A program made the position numbers and the translations under genes. Of a stretch of DNA of 64,000 nt, positions 1 through 12,800 are shown piece by piece. The stretch covers positions 81,282,001-81,346,000 of the forward strand of contig NC_092355.1 of assembly GCF_963676685.1 (NCBI RefSeq), in the 5' to 3' direction. The DNA is from Mytilus edulis (taxonomy: Eukaryota). Below the pieces are notes generated by a model. That model searched no databases. It saw nothing but the letters and a program-made list of their open reading frames with translations, and had not been told where the DNA came from. Position 1 is the stretch's first letter. Every line of letters begins with the position of its first letter.

Positions 1-54
1 TGAATTGTAGGTTCACGGTATAGGTTTTTTCTCTCATTTTTGAAGATCATATAT

Positions 55-150
55 ACAGTTGTCTATAATTGCTTACATCCACTTCCTTTGAACTATGGTG
101 GATAGTTGTCTCATTGGCAATCATACCACATCTCCTTATTTTCATATTGA
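55..150 (+). mobile_element. 3' tail fragment of a SINE embedded in the H1 spacer (present in every unit)
   Basis: 36 bp (98-133, gtggatagttgtctcattggcaatcataccacatct) identical to the 3' end of the SINE at 53242-53277. Confidence 0.65.
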
Positions 151-1707
151 AATGACAGCAACTTAACGACACACACAAACATAGCCTGCTAGTATATACG
201 TACATGGGAGACTGAAAAATTCTGTGCTTATTGGTAAATGATAAAAAAAAACATTAAAACTTTAAGGTATGCTATGACTAAGCTTTAAATATAAGGTAGA
301 TAGGGAGTAGGAAACACACATATTTTTTTTTTTTATTTGGCCTTAATGAAGAAGAAAAGCACACACACAATATATTAGAACTTGTACTAACATCCATTAA
401 ACGCTATGCTAATATATGTCTTTAAAAGAGAACCATTATTTTATTTTAATTTATTTTTTCTTCGTTTCAATCTTGGTTTTTGATTCTTTTTACATTAAAT
501 CTGTTTTTACTGTTGCAATAGTTTACAAATATTTTTAGTCCAAATACAATTCATTGATAATATATCCCCCCTTTTTTGTCCGGATTTTTTTTTTTTTTTT
601 TTTTTTGAAAAAGGGGGGGGGGGGGGCTGGAGGTTTAGTTAAATGCAGTGGAAAAATGTTTTGCCCAAAGTCCAATGGTTCACACTGATGTGTTTTTGTC
701 CTTCTGTCTCTTTTTAATCGTCCGTGTCACGGGATGCTGCTTCACCCTTTACCGGTTCTGGTTTCACTTGCATAGCTTATATAGGTATAATGCATATGTA
801 TAGCCAGAGTCTTCACTGTGACACACATTCCCCTTTTTGAGGGGAAATAAATAACTTTTGTAATTGTCAATTAAGATACAAATGATATGTACCACTGTCG
901 AATTATAAAACTACAAAAATCTTCGTGTTTTGTTTTTGTTTTGTTGATTTTTTTTGTTTGTATCGAAACTTTCAGGCGGCCAGGCCACTTTGAGCTCAGA
1001 TCATCGGTTATTGATAATAAAATTAATGAAATATATTTTGTTGAAAAATATGGTATATTCGATAAGACATATTCGAGTTTTTGACTTGAAAGTGCGCAAA
1101 TTGTACATGCAAATGGAAATAAAAGCGAAGACGCATCATACAGAACAGTTGTTCAGTGCCTCAGATCCACTGAAAACAAAGTCGCTCTCTGAAAAGTTCC
1201 CAACGCTAGATTAAATAAAAAGATGTTTCAAATTCGTATTCTAGATATTGGGTTTGTTCATTCGACTCTTGAATGTTTGCGAAATTTCGCTCGGGTTGAA
1301 TAAAAATGTTATTTGAAGTTTTAGTAAAAATCTGCAATTAAACAATGGCGCGTGAACTTTTTGTGTGTTTCCCTCTAGCTGGAAACAAACTTATTACGAG
1401 GAGGAACATGCTTCCAGTGAATAAAAACGGAAAGAAACCTAAAGAGAAATGATTTTTCTTCCTCTGTACAATTTTACGACGATAGAATATTTGTGTAATG
1501 AGAAAAACTCGTAAATTTTCTGTCAACATACCTGCGAAGACAATTCAGTCGGTTCTACTTTAACTATTAATATCTTTTTACTGTGTACATCGAAAAATAC
1601 ACAGTTTATCTAACATGCAAGATTAATGACTGTTGAGCAATTTGGTATGCTATATGTGAATGTTTTTGATAGAATTATACTATAAATTATCATAAAAGTC
1701 TTCGAAG

Positions 1708-1802
1708 AAGCACATAATCATTTTACCGAGATCGCGTAATGGATTTTACAAGTTATTTTTAAGGGTGTCTTCGTCGAGGTCCGCGTTCGTCTGTTATAAA
1801 TA
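1708..1802 (+). promoter_or_regulatory. H1 proximal promoter: H1-box-like AAGCACA (1708-1714), H4-box/site II-like AGGTCCG (1777-1783), TATA box TATAAATA (1795-1802); repeated in every unit
   Basis: Motifs are visible ~85-175 bp upstream of the ATG. A GGTCCG H4-type element in place of a CCAAT box is characteristic of H1.0/H5-lineage promoters. Confidence 0.75.
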
Positions 1803-1884
1803 AACGAGGCCTGGAATGGCGTTATTTTCAAATCGTTATTCGTAGTATAAACTTCGTAAAGGATAATATTTTGAATCATTCAAA

Positions 1885-2460
1885 ATGGCAGACGCAACAG
1901 CAGCACCAGCAGTAGCACCAGCTAAATCACCAAAGAAAAAGGCAGCAGCCAAGCCAAAGAAGCCTTCCGCACATCCTAAATACAGCGAGATGATTGGAAA
2001 AGCCATCGCCGCTTTGAAAGAACGTGGAGGTTCTTCAAGGCAAGCAATTCTGAAGTACATCATGGCCAACTTCAACGTCGGAAAAGATGCCAAGTCAGTA
2101 AATGCTCATTTAAAACTTGCACTCAGAGCCGGAGTTAAGAACAACAGTTTGAAGCAGTCCAAGGGAACTGGAGCATCCGGATCTTTCAGAATTGGAGAGG
2201 CTAAAGTAGTTAAAAAGAAGCCAGCAAAGGCAAAGAAAGCAGCCAAACCTAAGGCCGCCAAGCCGAAGAAGGCAAAGAGCACACCCAAGAAGAAGAAGCC
2301 AGCAGCAAAGAAACCAGCTGGAGAAAAAAAGGCTGCCAAACCAAAGGCAAAAAAACCAGCAGCAAAGAAAGCAGCCAAGCCAAAGAAGCCAGCAGCCAAG
2401 TCACCAGCAAAAAAGAAGGCAGCCAAACCAAAAGCCAAGAAGACACCAAAGAAGAAGTAA
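1885..2460 (+). CDS. H1: Histone H1 (H1.0/H5-like, 191 aa), copy 1
   Basis: Ala/Pro/Lys N-tail, winged-helix globular domain (HPKYSEMI...GGSSRQAI...KQSKGTGASGSFRI), K/A/P-rich C-tail with SPKK/TPKK motifs; intronless; 3' histone stem-loop follows. Confidence 0.99.
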   Translation: MADATAAPAVAPAKSPKKKAAAKPKKPSAHPKYSEMIGKAIAALKERGGSSRQAILKYIMANFNVGKDAKSVNAHLKLALRAGVKNNSLKQSKGTGASGSFRIGEAKVVKKKPAKAKKAAKPKAAKPKKAKSTPKKKKPAAKKPAGEKKAAKPKAKKPAAKKAAKPKKPAAKSPAKKKAAKPKAKKTPKKK

Positions 2461-2503
2461 ACTGTTCCAGACTTCAGTCTGCAGAGGCTATTCAGCCACC
2501 AAA

Positions 2504-2541
2504 AGCCCTTTTAAGGGCTACCCAATTTATTCAAAAAGAAT
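2504..2541 (+). terminator. Histone mRNA 3' stem-loop AGCCCTTTTAAGGGCT (2504-2519) + ACCCA + purine-rich downstream element (AAAAAGAA); present after every H1 copy (stop +44 to +59)
   Basis: 6-bp stem/4-nt loop preceded by CCAAA and followed by ACCCA, matching the SLBP/U7 processing signal. Confidence 0.95.
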
Positions 2542-5500
2542 CTACAATTGTTGTACATTAGTTATCAAACTAAATCTAGCTGAGCCCTACCCTTTTCTTT
2601 ACTTTTCTCTGAACTTTGCACTGGTCTCTGAAATATTTTTTGGGGTCACATTATTTCCATTGTTTGTTTTATTTCACTCCTTATGACTATACTATTTCTA
2701 ACACCTAAGTATGCAGCTGGGTTTTTTTTTTTTTTTTGATATATTTTGTGTAGTTAGGCACCATTAAAGTTATATCAGTGTATTTTCACGCACTTATTTG
2801 AACTGAATATAACTTTTTCTATTCAGTTTTCGTTAGAGTGACAATCTACGAAAATAGGAAGTCATGCTAGGGTTTTATTGTGCTCTTTTTTTTAGGGGGA
2901 AGGGGGTCAAAATCACACAGCTAACCTTCAACCGAAAAATCATTTTTGTCATTATGTGAGTTTTTCCATTTCTCTCTTCTTCTTCGTATTCAACTTGACT
3001 GACATTTTTTGTTGGACTTTTTCTACACGTAAGCAAAGTCAAAGGTTGGCTCTCTATTTCATATCAACTAGTCAATGGGGAGGTAACTCTAAAATTAAAC
3101 TCAGTACTTTTTTTCAGAACTATATAAATAAACTGTTAAAATGTACATAATACAAAAGATGTATAACGTATCGTAAAAATCAGATTAGTAGCAAATGAAT
3201 GCAGTGACGTTTGTCTGTTATTTATTTATTTTTTTATTTATTACTTGTCAAAATTACTACAATAATATTGTGTATTAAAAGTTAAAAGGAAACTCTAAAG
3301 TATGGAGGTTTTTGTTCAACCTTTAACAGTTCTGCAATTATTTTGTCATTTTATTACCTGCGATTTATTATGCAAATTTCACTATTCTCTACCTTTCGAA
3401 TTTCATCTTTGTTTTACTCGTGTATAAAATAAATGCACCTACTTGTTTCTATGTTTCTTTCAAATGGTTGTCCTGTGTTTTTTCTCTTCTTTTTTCTCTC
3501 TGTTATTTAGTGCGCGACGACTTGACTGTATCTTTGCTATGTCATTTTAATCTTTCCACAGCACGCGAGGTGAATAAACCCGAAACAATACAGTGACGTC
3601 ACACGTGACTACTGTGATGAACAGAAACAAGGATGGATGGACGGACAGTGGTACAAAAAGTAAGAAAAAGTTATTTCTCTGATAAAAGGTATCGCGTGAA
3701 TTGTAGGTTCACGGTATAGGTTTTTTCTCTCATTTTTGAAGATCATATATACAGTTGTCTATAATTGCTTACATCCACTTCCTTTGAACTATGGTGGATA
3801 GTTGTCTCATTGGCAATCATACCACATCTCCTTATTTTCATATTGAAATGACAGCAACTTAACGACACACACAAACATAGCCTGCTAGTATATACGTACA
3901 TGGGAGACTGAAAAATTCTGTGCTTATTGGTAAATGATAAAAAAAAACATTAAAACTTTAAGGTATGCTATGACTAAGCTTTAAATATAAGGTAGATAGG
4001 GAGTAGGAAACACACATATTTTTTTTTTTTATTTGGCCTTAATGAAGAAGAAAAGCACACACACAATATATTAGAACTTGTACTAACATCCATTAAACGC
4101 TATGCTAATATATGTCTTTAAAAGAGAACCATTATTTTATTTTAATTTATTTTTTCTTCGTTTCAATCTTGGTTTTTGATTCTTTTTACATTAAATCTGT
4201 TTTTACTGTTGCAATAGTTTACAAATATTTTTAGTCCAAATACAATTCATTGATAATATATCCCCCCTTTTTTGTCCGGATTTTTTTTTTTTTTTTTTTT
4301 TTGAAAAAGGGGGGGGGGGCTGGAGGTTTAGTTAAATGCAGTGGAAAAATGTTTTGCCCAAAGTCCAATGGTTCACACTGATGTGTTTTTGTCCTTCTGT
4401 CTCTTTTTAATCGTCCGTGTCACGGGATGCTGCTTCACCCTTTACCGGTTCTGGTTTCACTTGCATAGCTTATATAGGTATAATGCATATGTATAGCCAG
4501 AGTCTTCACTGTGACACACATTCCCCTTTTTGAGGGGAAATAAATAACTTTTGTAATTGTCAATTAAGATACAAATGATATGTACCACTGTCGAATTATA
4601 AAACTACAAAAATCTTCGTGTTTTGTTTTTGTTTTGTTGATTTTTTTTGTTTGTATCGAAACTTTCAGGCGGCCAGGCCACTTTGAGCTCAGATCATCGG
4701 TTATTGATAATAAAATTAATGAAATATATTTTGTTGAAAAATATGGTATATTCGATAAGACATATTCGAGTTTTTGACTTGAAAGTGCGCAAATTGTACA
4801 TGCAAATGGAAATAAAAGCGAAGACGCATCATACAGAACAGTTGTTCAGTGCCTCAGATCCACTGAAAACAAAGTCGCTCTCTGAAAAGTTCCCAACGCT
4901 AGATTAAATAAAAAGATGTTTCAAATTCGTATTCTAGATATTGGGTTTGTTCATTCGACTCTTGAATGTTTGCGAAATTTCGCTCGGGTTGAATAAAAAT
5001 GTTATTTGAAGTTTTAGTAAAAATCTGCAATTAAACAATGGCGCGTGAACTTTTTGTGTGTTTCCCTCTAGCTGGAAACAAACTTATTACGAGGAGGAAC
5101 ATGCTTCCAGTGAATAAAAACGGAAAGAAACCTAAAGAGAAATGATTTTTCTTCCTCTGTACAATTTTACGACGATAGAATATTTGTGTAATGAGAAAAA
5201 CTCGTAAATTTTCTGTCAACATACCTGCGAAGACAATTCAGTCGGTTCTACTTTAACTATTAATATCTTTTTACTGTGTACATCGAAAAATACACAGTTT
5301 ATCTAACATGCAAGATTAATGACTGTTGAGCAATTTGGTATGCTATATGTGAATGTTTTTGATAGAATTATACTATAAATTATCATAAAAGTCTTCGAAG
5401 AAGCACATAATCATTTTACCGAGATCGCGTAATGGATTTTACAAGTTATTTTTAAGGGTGTCTTCGTCGAGGTCCGCGTTCGTCTGTTATAAATAAACGA

Positions 5501-5577
5501 GGCCTGGAATGGCGTTATTTTCAAATCGTTATTCGTAGTATAAACTTCGTAAAGGATAATATTTTGAATCATTCAAA

Positions 5578-6153
5578 ATGGCAGACGCAACAGCAGCACC
5601 AGCAGTAGCACCAGCTAAATCACCAAAGAAAAAGGCAGCAGCCAAGCCAAAGAAGCCTTCCGCACATCCTAAATACAGCGAGATGATTGGAAAAGCCATC
5701 GCCGCTTTGAAAGAACGTGGAGGTTCTTCAAGGCAAGCAATTCTGAAGTACATCATGGCCAACTTCAACGTCGGAAAAGATGCCAAGTCAGTAAATGCTC
5801 ATTTAAAACTTGCACTCAGAGCCGGAGTTAAGAACAACAGTTTGAAGCAGTCCAAGGGAACTGGAGCATCCGGATCTTTCAGAATTGGAGAGGCTAAAGT
5901 AGTTAAAAAGAAGCCAGCAAAGGCAAAGAAAGCAGCCAAACCTAAGGCCGCCAAGCCGAAGAAGGCAAAGAGCACACCCAAGAAGAAGAAGCCAGCAGCA
6001 AAGAAACCAGCTGGAGAAAAAAAGGCTGCCAAACCAAAGGCAAAAAAACCAGCAGCAAAGAAAGCAGCCAAGCCAAAGAAGCCAGCAGCCAAGTCACCAG
6101 CAAAAAAGAAGGCAGCCAAACCAAAAGCCAAGAAGACACCAAAGAAGAAGTAA
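5578..6153 (+). CDS. H1: Histone H1, copy 2
   Basis: Identical 191-aa ORF. Confidence 0.99.
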   Translation: MADATAAPAVAPAKSPKKKAAAKPKKPSAHPKYSEMIGKAIAALKERGGSSRQAILKYIMANFNVGKDAKSVNAHLKLALRAGVKNNSLKQSKGTGASGSFRIGEAKVVKKKPAKAKKAAKPKAAKPKKAKSTPKKKKPAAKKPAGEKKAAKPKAKKPAAKKAAKPKKPAAKSPAKKKAAKPKAKKTPKKK

Positions 6154-9100
6154 ACTGTTCCAGACTTCAGTCTGCAGAGGCTATTCAGCCACCAAAAGCC
6201 CTTTTAAGGGCTACCCAATTTATTCAAAAAGAATCTACAATTGTTGTACATTAGTTATCAAACTAAATCTAGCTGAGCCCTACCCTTTTCTTTACTTTTC
6301 TCTGAACTTTGCACTGGTCTCTGAAATATTTTTTGGGGTCACATTATTTCCATTGTTTGTTTTATTTCACTCCTTATGACTATACTATTTCTAACACCTA
6401 AGTATGCAGCTGGGTTTTTTTTTTTTTTTTGATATATTTTGTGTAGTTAGGCACCATTAAAGTTATATCAGTGTATTTTCACGCACTTATTTGAACTGAA
6501 TATAACTTTTTCTATTCAGTTTTCGTTAGAGTGACAATCTACGAAAATAGGAAGTCATGCTAGGGTTTTATTGTGCTCTTTTTTTTAGGGGGAAGGGGGT
6601 CAAAATCACACAGCTAACCTTCAACCGAAAAATCATTTTTGTCATTATGTGAGTTTTTCCATTTCTCTCTTCTTCTTCGTATTCAACTTGACTGACATTT
6701 TTTGTTGGACTTTTTCTACACGTAAGCAAAGTCAAAGGTTGGCTCTCTATTTCATATCAACTAGTCAATGGGGAGGTAACTCTAAAATTAAACTCAGTAC
6801 TTTTTTTCAGAACTATATAAATAAACTGTTAAAATGTACATAATACAAAAGATGTATAACGTATCGTAAAAATCAGATTAGTAGCAAATGAATGCAGTGA
6901 CGTTTGTCTGTTATTTATTTATTTTTTTATTTATTACTTGTCAAAATTACTACAATAATATTGTGTATTAAAAGTTAAAAGGAAACTCTAAAGTATGGAG
7001 GTTTTTGTTCAACCTTTAACAGTTCTGCAATTATTTTGTCATTTTATTACCTGCGATTTATTATGCAAATTTCACTATTCTCTACCTTTCGAATTTCATC
7101 TTTGTTTTACTCGTGTATAAAATAAATGCACCTACTTGTTTCTATGTTTCTTTCAAATGGTTGTCCTGTGTTTTTTCTCTTCTTTTTTCTCTCTGTTATT
7201 TAGTGCGCGACGACTTGACTGTATCTTTGCTATGTCATTTTAATCTTTCCACAGCACGCGAGGTGAATAAACCCGAAACAATACAGTGACGTCACACGTG
7301 ACTACTGTGATGAACAGAAACAAGGATGGATGGACGGACAGTGGTACAAAAAGTAAGAAAAAGTTATTTCTCTGATAAAAGGTATCGCGTGAATTGTAGG
7401 TTCACGGTATAGGTTTTTTCTCTCATTTTTGAAGATCATATATACAGTTGTCTATAATTGCTTACATCCACTTCCTTTGAACTATGGTGGATAGTTGTCT
7501 CATTGGCAATCATACCACATCTCCTTATTTTCATATTGAAATGACAGCAACTTAACGACACACACAAACATAGCCTGCTAGTATATACGTACATGGGAGA
7601 CTGAAAAATTCTGTGCTTATTGGTAAATGATAAAAAAAAACATTAAAACTTTAAGGTATGCTATGACTAAGCTTTAAATATAAGGTAGATAGGGAGTAGG
7701 AAACACACATATTTTTTTTTTTTATTTGGCCTTAATGAAGAAGAAAAGCACACACACAATATATTAGAACTTGTACTAACATCCATTAAACGCTATGCTA
7801 ATATATGTCTTTAAAAGAGAACCATTATTTTATTTTAATTTATTTTTTCTTCGTTTCAATCTTGGTTTTTGATTCTTTTTACATTAAATCTGTTTTTACT
7901 GTTGCAATAGTTTACAAATATTTTTAGTCCAAATACAATTCATTGATAATATATCCCCCCTTTTTTGTCCGGATTTTTTTTTTTTTTTTTTTTTTGAAAA
8001 AGGGGGGGGGGGCTGGAGGTTTAGTTAAATGCAGTGGAAAAATGTTTTGCCCAAAGTCCAATGGTTCACACTGATGTGTTTTTGTCCTTCTGTCTCTTTT
8101 TAATCGTCCGTGTCACGGGATGCTGCTTCACCCTTTACCGGTTCTGGTTTCACTTGCATAGCTTATATAGGTATAATGCATATGTATAGCCAGAGTCTTC
8201 ACTGTGACACACATTCCCCTTTTTGAGGGGAAATAAATAACTTTTGTAATTGTCAATTAAGATACAAATGATATGTACCACTGTCGAATTATAAAACTAC
8301 AAAAATCTTCGTGTTTTGTTTTTGTTTTGTTGATTTTTTTTGTTTGTATCGAAACTTTCAGGCGGCCAGGCCACTTTGAGCTCAGATCATCGGTTATTGA
8401 TAATAAAATTAATGAAATATATTTTGTTGAAAAATATGGTATATTCGATAAGACATATTCGAGTTTTTGACTTGAAAGTGCGCAAATTGTACATGCAAAT
8501 GGAAATAAAAGCGAAGACGCATCATACAGAACAGTTGTTCAGTGCCTCAGATCCACTGAAAACAAAGTCGCTCTCTGAAAAGTTCCCAACGCTAGATTAA
8601 ATAAAAAGATGTTTCAAATTCGTATTCTAGATATTGGGTTTGTTCATTCGACTCTTGAATGTTTGCGAAATTTCGCTCGGGTTGAATAAAAATGTTATTT
8701 GAAGTTTTAGTAAAAATCTGCAATTAAACAATGGCGCGTGAACTTTTTGTGTGTTTCCCTCTAGCTGGAAACAAACTTATTACGAGGAGGAACATGCTTC
8801 CAGTGAATAAAAACGGAAAGAAACCTAAAGAGAAATGATTTTTCTTCCTCTGTACAATTTTACGACGATAGAATATTTGTGTAATGAGAAAAACTCGTAA
8901 ATTTTCTGTCAACATACCTGCGAAGACAATTCAGTCGGTTCTACTTTAACTATTAATATCTTTTTACTGTGTACATCGAAAAATACACAGTTTATCTAAC
9001 ATGCAAGATTAATGACTGTTGAGCAATTTGGTATGCTATATGTGAATGTTTTTGATAGAATTATACTATAAATTATCATAAAAGTCTTCGAAGAAGCACA

Positions 9101-9270
9101 TAATCATTTTACCGAGATCGCGTAATGGATTTTACAAGTTATTTTTAAGGGTGTCTTCGTCGAGGTCCGCGTTCGTCTGTTATAAATAAACGAGGCCTGG
9201 AATGGCGTTATTTTCAAATCGTTATTCGTAGTATAAACTTCGTAAAGGATAATATTTTGAATCATTCAAA

Positions 9271-9846
9271 ATGGCAGACGCAACAGCAGCACCAGCAGTA
9301 GCACCAGCTAAATCACCAAAGAAAAAGGCAGCAGCCAAGCCAAAGAAGCCTTCCGCACATCCTAAATACAGCGAGATGATTGGAAAAGCCATCGCCGCTT
9401 TGAAAGAACGTGGAGGTTCTTCAAGGCAAGCAATTCTGAAGTACATCATGGCCAACTTCAACGTCGGAAAAGATGCCAAGTCAGTAAATGCTCATTTAAA
9501 ACTTGCACTCAGAGCCGGAGTTAAGAACAACAGTTTGAAGCAGTCCAAGGGAACTGGAGCATCCGGATCTTTCAGAATTGGAGAGGCTAAAGTAGTTAAA
9601 AAGAAGCCAGCAAAGGCAAAGAAAGCAGCCAAACCTAAGGCCGCCAAGCCGAAGAAGGCAAAGAGCACACCCAAGAAGAAGAAGCCAGCAGCAAAGAAAC
9701 CAGCTGGAGAAAAAAAGGCTGCCAAACCAAAGGCAAAAAAACCAGCAGCAAAGAAAGCAGCCAAGCCAAAGAAGCCAGCAGCCAAGTCACCAGCAAAAAA
9801 GAAGGCAGCCAAACCAAAAGCCAAGAAGACACCAAAGAAGAAGTAA
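9271..9846 (+). CDS. H1: Histone H1, copy 3
   Basis: Identical 191-aa ORF. Confidence 0.99.
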   Translation: MADATAAPAVAPAKSPKKKAAAKPKKPSAHPKYSEMIGKAIAALKERGGSSRQAILKYIMANFNVGKDAKSVNAHLKLALRAGVKNNSLKQSKGTGASGSFRIGEAKVVKKKPAKAKKAAKPKAAKPKKAKSTPKKKKPAAKKPAGEKKAAKPKAKKPAAKKAAKPKKPAAKSPAKKKAAKPKAKKTPKKK

Positions 9847-12800
9847 ACTGTTCCAGACTTCAGTCTGCAGAGGCTATTCAGCCACCAAAAGCCCTTTTAA
9901 GGGCTACCCAATTTATTCAAAAAGAATCTACAATTGTTGTACATTAGTTATCAAACTAAATCTAGCTGAGCCCTACCCTTTTCTTTACTTTTCTCTGAAC
10001 TTTGCACTGGTCTCTGAAATATTTTTTGGGGTCACATTATTTCCATTGTTTGTTTTATTTCACTCCTTATGACTATACTATTTCTAACACCTAAGTATGC
10101 AGCTGGGTTTTTTTTTTTTTTTTGATATATTTTGTGTAGTTAGGCACCATTAAAGTTATATCAGTGTATTTTCACGCACTTATTTGAACTGAATATAACT
10201 TTTTCTATTCAGTTTTCGTTAGAGTGACAATCTACGAAAATAGGAAGTCATGCTAGGGTTTTATTGTGCTCTTTTTTTTAGGGGGAAGGGGGTCAAAATC
10301 ACACAGCTAACCTTCAACCGAAAAATCATTTTTGTCATTATGTGAGTTTTTCCATTTCTCTCTTCTTCTTCGTATTCAACTTGACTGACATTTTTTGTTG
10401 GACTTTTTCTACACGTAAGCAAAGTCAAAGGTTGGCTCTCTATTTCATATCAACTAGTCAATGGGGAGGTAACTCTAAAATTAAACTCAGTACTTTTTTT
10501 CAGAACTATATAAATAAACTGTTAAAATGTACATAATACAAAAGATGTATAACGTATCGTAAAAATCAGATTAGTAGCAAATGAATGCAGTGACGTTTGT
10601 CTGTTATTTATTTATTTTTTTATTTATTACTTGTCAAAATTACTACAATAATATTGTGTATTAAAAGTTAAAAGGAAACTCTAAAGTATGGAGGTTTTTG
10701 TTCAACCTTTAACAGTTCTGCAATTATTTTGTCATTTTATTACCTGCGATTTATTATGCAAATTTCACTATTCTCTACCTTTCGAATTTCATCTTTGTTT
10801 TACTCGTGTATAAAATAAATGCACCTACTTGTTTCTATGTTTCTTTCAAATGGTTGTCCTGTGTTTTTTCTCTTCTTTTTTCTCTCTGTTATTTAGTGCG
10901 CGACGACTTGACTGTATCTTTGCTATGTCATTTTAATCTTTCCACAGCACGCGAGGTGAATAAACCCGAAACAATACAGTGACGTCACACGTGACTACTG
11001 TGATGAACAGAAACAAGGATGGATGGACGGACAGTGGTACAAAAAGTAAGAAAAAGTTATTTCTCTGATAAAAGGTATCGCGTGAATTGTAGGTTCACGG
11101 TATAGGTTTTTTCTCTCATTTTTGAAGATCATATATACAGTTGTCTATAATTGCTTACATCCACTTCCTTTGAACTATGGTGGATAGTTGTCTCATTGGC
11201 AATCATACCACATCTCCTTATTTTCATATTGAAATGACAGCAACTTAACGACACACACAAACATAGCCTGCTAGTATATACGTACATGGGAGACTGAAAA
11301 ATTCTGTGCTTATTGGTAAATGATAAAAAAAAACATTAAAACTTTAAGGTATGCTATGACTAAGCTTTAAATATAAGGTAGATAGGGAGTAGGAAACACA
11401 CATATTTTTTTTTTTTATTTGGCCTTAATGAAGAAGAAAAGCACACACACAATATATTAGAACTTGTACTAACATCCATTAAACGCTATGCTAATATATG
11501 TCTTTAAAAGAGAACCATTATTTTATTTTAATTTATTTTTTCTTCGTTTCAATCTTGGTTTTTGATTCTTTTTACATTAAATCTGTTTTTACTGTTGCAA
11601 TAGTTTACAAATATTTTTAGTCCAAATACAATTCATTGATAATATATCCCCCCTTTTTTGTCCGGATTTTTTTTTTTTTTTTTTTTTTGAAAAAGGGGGG
11701 GGGGGCTGGAGGTTTAGTTAAATGCAGTGGAAAAATGTTTTGCCCAAAGTCCAATGGTTCACACTGATGTGTTTTTGTCCTTCTGTCTCTTTTTAATCGT
11801 CCGTGTCACGGGATGCTGCTTCACCCTTTACCGGTTCTGGTTTCACTTGCATAGCTTATATAGGTATAATGCATATGTATAGCCAGAGTCTTCACTGTGA
11901 CACACATTCCCCTTTTTGAGGGGAAATAAATAACTTTTGTAATTGTCAATTAAGATACAAATGATATGTACCACTGTCGAATTATAAAACTACAAAAATC
12001 TTCGTGTTTTGTTTTTGTTTTGTTGATTTTTTTTGTTTGTATCGAAACTTTCAGGCGGCCAGGCCACTTTGAGCTCAGATCATCGGTTATTGATAATAAA
12101 ATTAATGAAATATATTTTGTTGAAAAATATGGTATATTCGATAAGACATATTCGAGTTTTTGACTTGAAAGTGCGCAAATTGTACATGCAAATGGAAATA
12201 AAAGCGAAGACGCATCATACAGAACAGTTGTTCAGTGCCTCAGATCCACTGAAAACAAAGTCGCTCTCTGAAAAGTTCCCAACGCTAGATTAAATAAAAA
12301 GATGTTTCAAATTCGTATTCTAGATATTGGGTTTGTTCATTCGACTCTTGAATGTTTGCGAAATTTCGCTCGGGTTGAATAAAAATGTTATTTGAAGTTT
12401 TAGTAAAAATCTGCAATTAAACAATGGCGCGTGAACTTTTTGTGTGTTTCCCTCTAGCTGGAAACAAACTTATTACGAGGAGGAACATGCTTCCAGTGAA
12501 TAAAAACGGAAAGAAACCTAAAGAGAAATGATTTTTCTTCCTCTGTACAATTTTACGACGATAGAATATTTGTGTAATGAGAAAAACTCGTAAATTTTCT
12601 GTCAACATACCTGCGAAGACAATTCAGTCGGTTCTACTTTAACTATTAATATCTTTTTACTGTGTACATCGAAAAATACACAGTTTATCTAACATGCAAG
12701 ATTAATGACTGTTGAGCAATTTGGTATGCTATATGTGAATGTTTTTGATAGAATTATACTATAAATTATCATAAAAGTCTTCGAAGAAGCACATAATCAT

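Noticed and set aside
887-1529. Short spacer ORFs (also 2956-3150 and equivalents)
   Set aside because: Short, low-complexity, mostly non-ATG starts; most change length or frame in the diverged edge units; their recurrence only reflects the tandem repeat.
1836-2449. Antisense ORFs over H1 (85, 110, 66 aa; repeated in every unit)
   Set aside because: Shadow frames of the Lys/Ala/Pro-rich H1 codons.
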